A stretch of 64,000 nucleotides of DNA from an uncultured archaeon (GTDB taxonomy: Archaea > Aenigmatarchaeota > Aenigmatarchaeia > CG10238-14). How positions within the stretch are numbered: position 1 is the stretch's first letter; each line of letters begins with the position of its first letter. The notes beneath the pieces are model-generated. The model ran no database searches and had not been told where the DNA came from. It saw only the letters and a program-made list of their open reading frames with translations. The stretch covers positions 46,698-110,697 of the forward strand of contig CAYMPD010000001.1 in NCBI GenBank assembly GCA_964392445.1, written 5' to 3'. Positions 9,361 through 18,157 of the stretch are shown one piece after another. Both the position numbers and the translations under genes were made by a program.

Positions 9361-10686
9361 ATGGCACTCAAAGACATGGGAAAGAGTATAAGCGACTTAA
9401 TGAGGAGAGTACTAACCAAAACAACGGTTGACAGGGACTCTGTAGAGGCTTTAGTAAAGGGTCTTCAAAAAATCCTTCTAAAAGCGGATGTTGACCTTAA
9501 ACTAGTTTATGATCTCTCCCAAAGAATAAGAGACAGATCACTCAAGGAAAAACCACCAGAAGGGTTAACACTCAGAGAACATGTAAGTAAGGTAATCTAC
9601 GAGGAACTGGTAAACTTGCTCGGAGAAAGTCAAGAAACACTGATTGGAAAGAAAAGGATAATGCTTGTCGGTCTCTTCGGATCGGGGAAAACTACTAGTT
9701 CAGCTAAAATAGCAAAACACCTGAAAAAACAAGGTTTAAGAGTAGGAATGATCGCTGCAGATTATCACCGTCCCGCTGCCCCACAACAATTACAACAATT
9801 AGGAAATAAAATAGATGTTCCTGTTTATTACTCAGATACTAAAAGCCCTTTGGAGGCTTTAAGGTCGGGATTAGCCAAATTTCATAAATTAGATAGTATT
9901 ATAATCGACACTGCAGGTAGAGATGCTTTAGACGAAGAACTAGCCGAAGAGCTAAAAAAAATGTACGAAATTGTTAAACCAGACGAAGTTCTATTAGTTA
10001 TACCTGCGGATATAGGGCGTATAGCAGGAAAACAGGCTAGAGAGTTCCATAAGCTCGCTAAAATAACCGGGATTATTGTTACTAAAACAGATGGTACTGC
10101 AAAAGGAGGAGGCGCACTCTCGGCTTGTTCTAACACGGCGGCAAAGGTTAAGTTTATTGGTACTGGGGAGAAGTTGGATGATTTTGAACCTTATGATCCT
10201 GTTAGGTTTGTTTCCCGACTTTTAGGTATGGGGGACCTTGAAGGGCTTCTGGAAAAAGCAAAGGATGCTGAATTTAAAGAAGAAGATATGCAAAAAATAC
10301 TCTCTGGTAAGTTCAGTCTTCAAGATTTCTATGACCAAATATCGGGAATGGACAAGATGGGACCACTGGATCAAGTGATGGACATGATTCCTGGAATGGG
10401 GCACATGGTACCGGATGATATGATAAAAACTCAGAAAAAAAAGATGAAGAAGTGGAAATATATTATGGATTCTATGACTAAGAAAGAAAGAGAGGGTGAA
10501 GATGATATTCATGCATCGAGGATTAAAAGGATCGCTAAAGGTTCTGGAACACAAGAAAGTGATGTTAGGGAATTATTAAAACAGTATAGACAAAGTAAGA
10601 AAATGATTAAAAAACTTGGTGGGATGAAAGGTATGAAAAGAGGTAATCTTGCTAAGATGGCTAAGAAATTGGGTATGAAGTTATGA
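9361..10686 (+). CDS. srp54: Signal recognition particle protein SRP54
   Basis: 441 aa; NG domain GLFGSGKTTS, DTAGR, TKTD; Met-rich M domain (MGDLEGLL...MDMIPGMGHM). Confidence 0.95.
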   Translation: MALKDMGKSISDLMRRVLTKTTVDRDSVEALVKGLQKILLKADVDLKLVYDLSQRIRDRSLKEKPPEGLTLREHVSKVIYEELVNLLGESQETLIGKKRIMLVGLFGSGKTTSSAKIAKHLKKQGLRVGMIAADYHRPAAPQQLQQLGNKIDVPVYYSDTKSPLEALRSGLAKFHKLDSIIIDTAGRDALDEELAEELKKMYEIVKPDEVLLVIPADIGRIAGKQAREFHKLAKITGIIVTKTDGTAKGGGALSACSNTAAKVKFIGTGEKLDDFEPYDPVRFVSRLLGMGDLEGLLEKAKDAEFKEEDMQKILSGKFSLQDFYDQISGMDKMGPLDQVMDMIPGMGHMVPDDMIKTQKKKMKKWKYIMDSMTKKEREGEDDIHASRIKRIAKGSGTQESDVRELLKQYRQSKKMIKKLGGMKGMKRGNLAKMAKKLGMKL

Positions 10687-11900
10687 AAGTAAAAGAAAAA
10701 CTAATCAAAGTCCTGGAAGATGAATACGTCTGCAATAGATGTTTAGGAAGACAGTTTGCTAATCTACTTTCAGGCTACACAAACGAAGAAAGGGGTGAAA
10801 TACTCAGACAATACCTAGCCATGCTAATCGACTCAGGAGAGAAAATAGAGATTAACAAAACCAATTTCTACGAAATAAAATTTCATCTAAAGACTATAAA
10901 ACCCAAAAAACCAGGAAAATGTTCTGTTTGCGGGGATTTATTCCCGAAACTTAAAAAAAAAGTGAAAAAAATAGTTAAGAAATTGGGAAATTACGATTAT
11001 GGTACATTTCTAGTAGGTTCTAGGCCTTCTTCTGAATTGCTCAATAAAGAACAAAGACTCTGGGAAAAAGTAGGCATAGAATGGTGCGAAACCATAAAAT
11101 CAGAGATTAATCGGGTAATTGGAAAGGAAATTGAATCATCTACAGGAAAAGTTATGAAAAGAAAGCTTCCGGATATAACCATACTTTATGACATGACTAC
11201 AGACGAAATAAAACTCAACGTCCGCTCAATCTTTGTTTACGGAAAGTATCAAAAACTGGTTAGAGATATGCCTCAAACAACCTGGAAAACAAGAATTTAC
11301 CCTGTTGCTGTTGAAGATATTGTAGCAGAGCCTTTTATGAAGCAAACTAAAGCCGAAGATCATACGCTTCACGGCTGTGGGAGGGAAGACGTAGATGTTA
11401 AATGTCTGGGTTGGAGGCCTTTTGTTTTGGAACTACATAATCCTCAAAAAAGAGAGATTGATCTTAAGAAAGCAGAAAAAAAGGTAAACAAGTCCAAAAA
11501 AGTGAATGTAAAAGACTTAGAAATAACCAATCACAGGAGAGTGACCAGAATCAAATCAATGAGACCGGACAAAACTTATCTAGCAGAAGTAGAATTCAAA
11601 GAACCATTAAAAAACCTGGAAGAATTAGAAGCTCTCAATGGAACAGTAATATCCCAGAAAACACCTACAAGAGTGATGACAAGAAGAGCAAACAAGACCC
11701 GAAAAAGACGGGTAAAGGATATAAAATATAAATCCCTAAACAAAAAGAAGTTGGAATTGACGGTAAAAACAGAAGCAGGAACATATATCAAAGAACTGAT
11801 TCATGGAGACGAGGGTAGAACCCAACCCAACATATCAGAATTAATAAACAATAAAGTTAAAAGTATAAAGTTAGATGTAATAAAAGTACATTGTGATTGA
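10683..11900 (+). CDS. pus10: tRNA pseudouridine synthase Pus10
   Basis: 405 aa; N-terminal Zn-ribbon with CNRCLGRQF (Pus10 CxxCLGR motif) and second CxxC; catalytic-core signature GREDVDVKCLG containing the catalytic Asp. Confidence 0.8.
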   Translation: MKVKEKLIKVLEDEYVCNRCLGRQFANLLSGYTNEERGEILRQYLAMLIDSGEKIEINKTNFYEIKFHLKTIKPKKPGKCSVCGDLFPKLKKKVKKIVKKLGNYDYGTFLVGSRPSSELLNKEQRLWEKVGIEWCETIKSEINRVIGKEIESSTGKVMKRKLPDITILYDMTTDEIKLNVRSIFVYGKYQKLVRDMPQTTWKTRIYPVAVEDIVAEPFMKQTKAEDHTLHGCGREDVDVKCLGWRPFVLELHNPQKREIDLKKAEKKVNKSKKVNVKDLEITNHRRVTRIKSMRPDKTYLAEVEFKEPLKNLEELEALNGTVISQKTPTRVMTRRANKTRKRRVKDIKYKSLNKKKLELTVKTEAGTYIKELIHGDEGRTQPNISELINNKVKSIKLDVIKVHCD

Positions 11901-12186
11901 AATGACACATAAAGCAAGAGGACCAAGGAGCAAAACAAGAAAATTGCTAAGGAGAGGTATTAGGGATAAAACTAGTGTTAATAAGAGACTCAAAGAATTC
12001 AAGATAGGTTCCAAAGTGGTGATTAAACCAGACCCTTCTATAAGTAAAGGAAGACCATTTAAAAGATTCTATGGCAAAGCAGGAGTAGTTACCGATAAAA
12101 GGGGAAGATCCTATATAATTAAAATAAAAGATGGTGGAAAGGAAAAAGAAATAATAACCCCTCCAGTTCATCTAAAAGGTGTTTAA
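11893..12186 (+). CDS. rpl21e: 50S ribosomal protein L21e
   Basis: 97 aa; KARGPRSKTRKLL N-terminus and FKRFYGKAGVV motif characteristic of L21e. Confidence 0.85.
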   Translation: MIEMTHKARGPRSKTRKLLRRGIRDKTSVNKRLKEFKIGSKVVIKPDPSISKGRPFKRFYGKAGVVTDKRGRSYIIKIKDGGKEKEIITPPVHLKGV

Positions 12187-12519
12187 ATGCAAGAAATAGT
12201 TACAGAAAAAATAATTACAAATACAAGAGCAAAGGAAATACTGAAAAAGAGAGATAAAGAAATAGAACTGGGTTATGATCAAAAAAACTCACTGGATTAT
12301 CTGAAGAAATACGATCAATTGACCAAAACAAAAGCAAAAAAAATGATGGAAGAACTGAGTGAGAAGATCCCAAAATTAAGAAACAGACAGATAATATCAA
12401 TTGTAAATGTTCTACCTCAAGATTTGGATGATCTAAGAGTAGTTATGGAAAAAAATTACACTAGTTTAGATGAAGATGAAAAGAAACTTATTCTTAAAAC
12501 TGTAAAAGATAATATGTAA
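12187..12519 (+). CDS. rpoF: DNA-directed RNA polymerase subunit F (Rpo4)
   Basis: 110 aa; size and position in the conserved archaeal L21e-rpoF-DUF655 cluster; helical Rpb4-like profile. Confidence 0.6.
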   Translation: MQEIVTEKIITNTRAKEILKKRDKEIELGYDQKNSLDYLKKYDQLTKTKAKKMMEELSEKIPKLRNRQIISIVNVLPQDLDDLRVVMEKNYTSLDEDEKKLILKTVKDNM

Positions 12520-12526
12520 GGAGAGG

Positions 12527-13069
12527 GTGATTCTGATGAAAGATGAATATGTAGTAGTGCTAGATTTCTTAGCCAGAGGTCACTCTCACAGTCGAAAGTC
12601 AGAACCTGTTGCTCAAGGCGTAGGAGAGAAGTTCTTAAACCTTCTAGAAGTGGTTATAAAAGATGGTGTTGAAGTAAAAAGTGGGGATAGATTGTACATT
12701 GGTGAAAAGGAAAGGGACAAAGTCAAGTATATCAAAGGAAGGATGAAATACGATGAATTAACAAGTTATGCGAAAAAGGAATTAGAGTATGTTCTTGAAA
12801 AAATAATTGAAGATCATGAGGAGAATTTTGTGAAATTCTTTAACAAGGCTAGACCCGTTTCTACGAGATTACATAGTCTAGAATTACTTCAGGGTATAGG
12901 AAAAAAGCATATGTGGGCGATAATTAGGGGGAGAAGAAGGAAGAAATTTGAAAGTTTGAAAGAATTGAAGGATAGGGTTGATATGCTACCTGAACCCAAA
13001 AGAATGATCAAGAAAAGAATTATTGATGAACTGAAAGGGAAAGATAGGCATAAATTGTTCGTGAGATAG
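12527..13069 (+). CDS. DUF655-family protein (HhH-containing, RNA-polymerase-associated cluster)
   Basis: 180 aa; N-terminal EYVVVLDFLARG segment typical of DUF655; conserved position after rpoF. Confidence 0.6.
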   Translation: MILMKDEYVVVLDFLARGHSHSRKSEPVAQGVGEKFLNLLEVVIKDGVEVKSGDRLYIGEKERDKVKYIKGRMKYDELTSYAKKELEYVLEKIIEDHEENFVKFFNKARPVSTRLHSLELLQGIGKKHMWAIIRGRRRKKFESLKELKDRVDMLPEPKRMIKKRIIDELKGKDRHKLFVR

Positions 13070-13333
13070 TTACCAACTTCTAGCAACATTAGTTACTTCT
13101 ACTTCTTTAACACCAGAAATTGATCTTATTTGCTTTTCTACTCTTTCCATTTCTCCGTCTTTTTCCGGGATTACTTTAACTATTACTAATGATTTGAGCC
13201 CAAATGCTATTGGGATTATTTGTGACTTGGATGGGTTGACTTTTTCTTTTACTTTTTCTTGAAGTGCTTCCATATCTGTTTCTACGCCCTCAGGCATGAT
13301 TTTGAATGTTACCATAACTGATCCTTCACCCAT
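13070..13333 (-). CDS. ef1b: Elongation factor 1-beta
   Basis: 87 aa; MGEGSVMVTFKIMPEGVE N-terminus and overall aEF-1beta size/fold pattern. Confidence 0.85.
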   Translation of the reverse strand: MGEGSVMVTFKIMPEGVETDMEALQEKVKEKVNPSKSQIIPIAFGLKSLVIVKVIPEKDGEMERVEKQIRSISGVKEVEVTNVARSW

Positions 13334-13342
13334 TTAATCACC

Positions 13343-13513
13343 TCAAGGTCCTACAAAACCACATTTACTGCAAGTGTAATCGTTGGAAAGTCTTCTGCAC
13401 TTAGAACATCTGAAAATTGTTTCCTCTCCACAATTAGGACATTTAAACTGAACAAAATTGTCATCTCCTAACAAGTTTACACCGCAACTGTTACATTTCA
13501 TTTTCTTTGCCAT
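13343..13513 (-). CDS. small Zn-ribbon protein (translation-associated, conserved neighbour of EF-1beta)
   Basis: Not in ORF track (56 aa). Own translation: MAKKMKCNSCGVNLLGDDNFVQFKCPNCGEETIFRCSKCRRLSNDYTCSKCGFVGP; four CxxC pairs; 10-nt spacer to ef1b start. Confidence 0.6.
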   Translation of the reverse strand: MAKKMKCNSCGVNLLGDDNFVQFKCPNCGEETIFRCSKCRRLSNDYTCSKCGFVGP

Positions 13514-13571
13514 GATTACCACTTACTTTCTTATTGATTAAGTATGTTAATATTTATAACTGTTGCTGTAA

Positions 13572-13643
13572 GCCCTTGTAGTTTAATGGATAGAATATCT
13601 CCCTGCGGAGGAGGCGATCCGAGTTCGAATCTCGGCAAGGGCA
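13572..13643 (+). tRNA. tRNA-Arg (GCG)
   Basis: 72-nt cloverleaf: acceptor GCCCTTG/CAAGGGC + A, D-arm GTTT-AATGGATA-GAAT, anticodon stem TCTCC/GGAGG loop CTGCGGA (GCG), V CGAT, T-arm CCGAG-TTCGAAT-CTCGG. Confidence 0.85.
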
Positions 13644-13666
13644 TTGCTAGCGAATTTATTTTTTCC

Positions 13667-13969
13667 TTACTCCAATACATAAAACATATTCTTCAACATT
13701 CTAACTGCTTTCTCACAGACCTCTTTTCCTTTTTCTGTTATCCTGTAAACCTTTCTCTTTCTTTTACCTTGAAATTCCTCGTAAAATTCAACCAATCCCT
13801 TCTCTTCCATCCTAGCTAACAAGGGATAAATCTGTCCTGGACTTAATTTCTTTTCTAGTCTGCGCATGAACTCTTCCATTATCTCGTATCCATGCATGTC
13901 TCTTTCGAAGAGCAAAAGTAGTGTGAATAGCTTGGTTGGATTAGTTATGGTATCTTCTTCTGTTTTCAT
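13667..13969 (-). CDS. PadR-family transcriptional regulator
   Basis: 100 aa; MHGYEIM...SPGQIYPLLARMEEKGLV = PadR winged-helix signature. Confidence 0.8.
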   Translation of the reverse strand: MKTEEDTITNPTKLFTLLLLFERDMHGYEIMEEFMRRLEKKLSPGQIYPLLARMEEKGLVEFYEEFQGKRKRKVYRITEKGKEVCEKAVRMLKNMFYVLE

Positions 13970-14049
13970 AGGTCATTATTTGATAGTTATAATATATATA
14001 TATTATTGATATATTAATAGAAAATAAAAAGCTAGTATTTTATCAACTT

Positions 14050-14490
14050 CTATTGGGAAGCATTGTATCTAATTGCGTCAGTTATTAACTCAGCTAAAAT
14101 TGCACTTCCTCCACCTAAAACCATCGATCTTTCATCCCCACTAAGAGCATAAGCAGTCAATGCTGTGACAACTGGAGAAAATATATAATCCCTAAAAAAG
14201 GGCTCACTCCATAGTCCTCTTCCTATAGGAGTATCAGAAAGATTATAATTTAAAGCGTCATGAAGTATAGATGAACCCATTCTTCCTATTGCTGCACCTC
14301 TAACGCTAGGGTCCAGACCTTGATCTTGTTGGGTAAGGGTATCTAAAGCCCAGTCACCTGAGAAAGCCGCTAAATAAGTAAATATTGGATCCATAAACCA
14401 TCTATTTAAAAATCCGTCTTTCTTTCCCATTATTTTTTTAATAGGTCTTCCTAAAGTTCTTTTTTGAGTACTGTATCCTTCTGATTCCAT
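14050..14490 (-). CDS. hypothetical protein (composition outlier: Gly/Ala/Leu/Ser-rich, Lys-poor)
   Basis: 146-aa ORF; amino-acid composition unlike the Lys/Glu-rich neighbours. Confidence 0.4.
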   Translation of the reverse strand: MESEGYSTQKRTLGRPIKKIMGKKDGFLNRWFMDPIFTYLAAFSGDWALDTLTQQDQGLDPSVRGAAIGRMGSSILHDALNYNLSDTPIGRGLWSEPFFRDYIFSPVVTALTAYALSGDERSMVLGGGSAILAELITDAIRYNASQ

Positions 14491-14654
14491 TGAATTTACC
14501 TCTTTCTATTAAATTAAATTTTTTTCTTAGTTAATATGGTAAGTTAAAAAATATAAATATTACTATTAATAAGTGAGAAATTCTAATTTATATTTAATCC
14601 TTAATTTTACTTATAAGAAAAAAGGAGGGTCTCTAATAAATATATTTATTGAAA

Positions 14655-16757
14655 TTACTCATCCACAAATTCCACAGAGCAAGTACTAAGATTTTCCCCT
14701 ATTTCTTTAGGTCCTAACACATAAACCATGAAATTTATCTCAGTTTCATAACTATACTTTCCCAAAGATTGTATCAATTTCCTCTTAACACGTTTTGAAG
14801 AACAAACAAAAACTAAATCCCCATCAACTTTTTCCAAGTACTTATCAATATCATATCCAATAACCGATGTTTTGAATACAACCCTATTCCTCAAATCTTT
14901 CTTCTGGAAAACCAAATCATCTTTATCTTCAACTAATTCCCATCCTCTAGATCCATAATCCTCCTTAACCATCTCCTTCAAGTTCTCAACCGATTCCTCA
15001 TCCTCTCTGTTAATTATCTCCCCATACTTTGAAATGTAAACCAACCTTCCCTTCTTAGTCAAAAAGTAGTAATAAGCATAATTTCTATGCAACTTGACCT
15101 TTTTCCGGTTTATTATACCCTTATCCATTAACTCCTCAGCCCTATTCCTAAAAGTAGTCCCAGAAACACCCAGTCTTCTCTGTATTTGAGAGCTAGATAT
15201 CCCCTTTCCTGGAGCAAGAATTTTCAAAACATTCCAAAGAGACCTGTCCAAACTTTTAGCCATAGAAGCTATATCCTGTTTTTTGTGAAGCATATCTATA
15301 GCCTTTTCTGGGTCTTTTGGGATTTTAATATCCAATTCATCCTTCTTTTTCTCTTTATAGAGCTTTACTATCCTCTTTCCCATTATATCTCTAACTAAAT
15401 CGTCTTTAATCACTGAATTATCAATTCTAAGAAGTGGAAACTTAACCAAGAAAGGATTTCTGAAATCCATTCTCCTGGCAACAATATAACCATGTCCTGT
15501 TGGTAACTTCCTAATATATTCTATTTCCTCATTTGTTTTTAAACCAAGCATGTGTGATGCATCCATAATATCTGAAGAGGATTTAGTATCCAAACCCAGA
15601 TTCATGTAAATATGAGTACTAGTATTACCCAAAGCAGGATAACTTATCAAAGAAGGGTGCTGATCTAAATAAACCAAACCTACTCCTAACTCACGAACCT
15701 CACGAAATATAAGATCAACCACACCTTCCATTCCCGACCTAATCGTCTTCTCCCTATTCAGAATATTATGAGCTTCTTCAATGATTATTACACCATTCAA
15801 TTCGTTCCTCTTATCACTTACAAGCAACCAATCTCTTATCCACTGGAGCATTATTTCAATCATAAAAGTCTTGTCAGCGGTCGCAAGAGGGTCCAGTTCC
15901 AGAATCGTTATCTTTCCTTTTTCAAAGAATTTATCTGGAGTTATACCTTCTTCTGTATCAAATATATGTCCAACCTCACGAAATGTCAATGATTCCAATG
16001 GTCTTTGTGCGGTTGCAATCCAGTTTTTCTCTCTTGATGTCTTAGTTGATTTCAATGCTTCTTCAACACCTTTTTTCAGGTCTTTGATCTTTGGATATCC
16101 AGCTCCATCATCATAAACCTTATCCAGGGCTTTAAGTATAACGTGCCTACCTCCACCCAGCAACCAATAGGCGTGATCGAATATCTCTGCAAATTCCTTA
16201 GCCCATTGAGAAATTGGTATATTTTCAGGAGGTTTTAATGGATTGAATCTGAAGGGTGATACACTTCTACCAACCGTGTAAATACTAACTTTGTCTTTTA
16301 ACTCAGGATCTTTTAACAAATTCCTATAGTTTCTCTTTGAGAAGTCGAATATTAGAACCGGGATATCTTTCTCCGATAGTTTTTTCGTGAGCGATCTCGC
16401 CAGATTAGTTTTACCAGAACCCGAAGAACCAAATATTCCTATATGTGTCAAAAAATCTTCCTCGCTGAGCATTAGTGGATACAAACCTTGTTTATCATAA
16501 AGTACCGTTCCTAATTCCACGTTTCCTTTTAATGCAGCATGTTCTGAAGGAGGTTCCATAACTGGTATATTTTCAAATCTATCCTCTGAGAAAACTGCAG
16601 CCTTGATTGCGTCTATGGTTTCCTGGATTCTTTGTCTTGTTAATTCATCTCCGAGAAGATAAGCTGCTCTGATTTTTTTTGTGGACTTTTTCCCAACTAT
16701 AGGTGCTAGTCTATTGATATCATCAACTATCAATTCTTCATCAGTCCTGTAAACCAT
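14655..16757 (-). CDS. HerA/FtsK-like (DUF87-type) P-loop ATPase with C-terminal winged-helix domain
   Basis: 700 aa; Walker A GIFGSSGSGKTN, Walker B VIIIEEAHN (EEAH as in HerA/VirB4-like ATPases); C-terminal wHTH (SSSQIQRRLGVSGTTFRNRAEELMDKGII) plus about 120-aa unknown tail. Confidence 0.75.
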   Translation of the reverse strand: MVYRTDEELIVDDINRLAPIVGKKSTKKIRAAYLLGDELTRQRIQETIDAIKAAVFSEDRFENIPVMEPPSEHAALKGNVELGTVLYDKQGLYPLMLSEEDFLTHIGIFGSSGSGKTNLARSLTKKLSEKDIPVLIFDFSKRNYRNLLKDPELKDKVSIYTVGRSVSPFRFNPLKPPENIPISQWAKEFAEIFDHAYWLLGGGRHVILKALDKVYDDGAGYPKIKDLKKGVEEALKSTKTSREKNWIATAQRPLESLTFREVGHIFDTEEGITPDKFFEKGKITILELDPLATADKTFMIEIMLQWIRDWLLVSDKRNELNGVIIIEEAHNILNREKTIRSGMEGVVDLIFREVRELGVGLVYLDQHPSLISYPALGNTSTHIYMNLGLDTKSSSDIMDASHMLGLKTNEEIEYIRKLPTGHGYIVARRMDFRNPFLVKFPLLRIDNSVIKDDLVRDIMGKRIVKLYKEKKKDELDIKIPKDPEKAIDMLHKKQDIASMAKSLDRSLWNVLKILAPGKGISSSQIQRRLGVSGTTFRNRAEELMDKGIINRKKVKLHRNYAYYYFLTKKGRLVYISKYGEIINREDEESVENLKEMVKEDYGSRGWELVEDKDDLVFQKKDLRNRVVFKTSVIGYDIDKYLEKVDGDLVFVCSSKRVKRKLIQSLGKYSYETEINFMVYVLGPKEIGENLSTCSVEFVDE

Positions 16758-17301
16758 CTTCTCTCAACTCCTCGAATAATTCAGCTACTTTACTCTCTAT
16801 AGCCAACTGTTCTTCTAATTGGTGAAGCTCTCTTTGGACTTCAAGTCTATCCTTCCAGAACAAAAGATTCTCTCTTCTCCTTTCCATCTTAAGATTAGTT
16901 AGATCTAATTGTAAGTCTCGGATTCTTTCAGGATCATTCAAAGTTTTTATTTGACTTTCTTTTTCATCAATGTCTTGTGTTATTTCAGCTATTGAGTTTT
17001 TATTAATGGTTTGTCTTGCTTGAGCTGCTAATTTCAAATCAGATACTCTAATCTCTAAGAACTTGACTCTTTCAAAAATATTACCTATTAATTCCCCACC
17101 AAGTAATCTTAATGACCTCAGTCTTTCTTCCTTTATTTTTTGCCATCTTTTTTCTTGTTTTGTAACTACTTCTCTAACTATCCTTTCTCTTTCTTCGTAC
17201 AATTCTTGTCTTTCAAAACCTGGCGAAAGTCTCTCATCCTCTTCGTAAGGTCTTCTATCTCTAGGCGTTATATAAGGTGCACGTGGTACTCCGTCTTTCA
17301 T
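16741..17301 (-). CDS. coiled-coil protein, translationally coupled to the HerA-like ATPase
   Basis: 186 aa, almost entirely heptad/charged; overlaps ATPase start by 17 nt. Confidence 0.5.
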   Translation of the reverse strand: MKDGVPRAPYITPRDRRPYEEDERLSPGFERQELYEERERIVREVVTKQEKRWQKIKEERLRSLRLLGGELIGNIFERVKFLEIRVSDLKLAAQARQTINKNSIAEITQDIDEKESQIKTLNDPERIRDLQLDLTNLKMERRRENLLFWKDRLEVQRELHQLEEQLAIESKVAELFEELREDGLQD

Positions 17302-17419
17302 CCAAATCCCATCTGTCTTAATATGTCTTACATGGATGGTAAGATTTAAATACCTATCGGTAGTGACAGATTGCTCGATATAAAATTTATTAGGATTATT
17401 AAGACCTATAATCAGTCTT

Positions 17420-17821
17420 TTACCATCTCTTTAACTTTACTTTTTCCTTTTTACAGAATTTCTCATAATGTTTATCATTACTTAGAATATCATGACAATT
17501 CATGTGTTTCGCGGTTGAAGCAATTATAGAATCTATCAACGGTATTCCAAAAGTATGTGATATTTTACCGGCTTCTATGGTTATTTCATTTGTGGTCTGC
17601 ACTATTTCTATCTTTGGCTTAACTTTTAACCCATTCACAAAAGATTCAACTTTCTTTATAATTTTACCTTTTTTCAAGTAATTCCTAGTATATTCGCCTA
17701 AAACAATGGAAGGGATTATTAAATGATCTTTACCAGATACCGACTTCCTTAATATATTTAATGCCTTTTCATCCTTATCTGAAAGTAGTAGTAAAAACCA
17801 AGTATCGGCACAATGTCTCAT
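17420..17821 (-). CDS. vapC: PIN-domain toxin VapC
   Basis: 133 aa; acidic quartet positions (CADTW, VLGEY, LIDSII, LSND). Confidence 0.7.
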   Translation of the reverse strand: MRHCADTWFLLLLSDKDEKALNILRKSVSGKDHLIIPSIVLGEYTRNYLKKGKIIKKVESFVNGLKVKPKIEIVQTTNEITIEAGKISHTFGIPLIDSIIASTAKHMNCHDILSNDKHYEKFCKKEKVKLKRW

Positions 17822-18063
17822 CTCTCAGATTCCTCTCTTTCTTCTTGTATTCTCTTCCAGTCTTTCTTACCTAAACCTGAAGATGAAAAAAAGTCCACAA
17901 TATCTCTGAAATCTGGTTCTCGTGTTATTTTATCTACAAATATCATACTAGGCACGTAACTAACTTTAACCATGTCCATTGGACATATCCCCTCTTTTTC
18001 TCTAATCGATTTGGGTATTGTTATCTGCCCTTTTTGATTGACTTTAACTATTTTATTTAACAT
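17818..18063 (-). CDS. vapB: AbrB/SpoVT-type antitoxin VapB
   Basis: 81 aa; KVNQKGQITIPKSIREKEGI swapped-hairpin motif; 4-nt overlap with vapC. Confidence 0.7.
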   Translation of the reverse strand: MLNKIVKVNQKGQITIPKSIREKEGICPMDMVKVSYVPSMIFVDKITREPDFRDIVDFFSSSGLGKKDWKRIQEEREESER

Positions 18064-18157
18064 GTATTATTTTAAGAATTTCCTACTTTTATACTTTACT
18101 ATTCAGATACCCCCATAATTAACAAAAATGGAAAGAATAACAGGAAATTCCCAAAAT

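Noticed and set aside
13544-13819. 91-aa plus-strand ORF
   Set aside because: Overlaps tRNA-Arg and is antisense to the PadR gene
15186-16116. three small plus-strand ORFs inside the HerA-like ATPase gene
   Set aside because: Antisense to a 700-aa gene with clear Walker motifs
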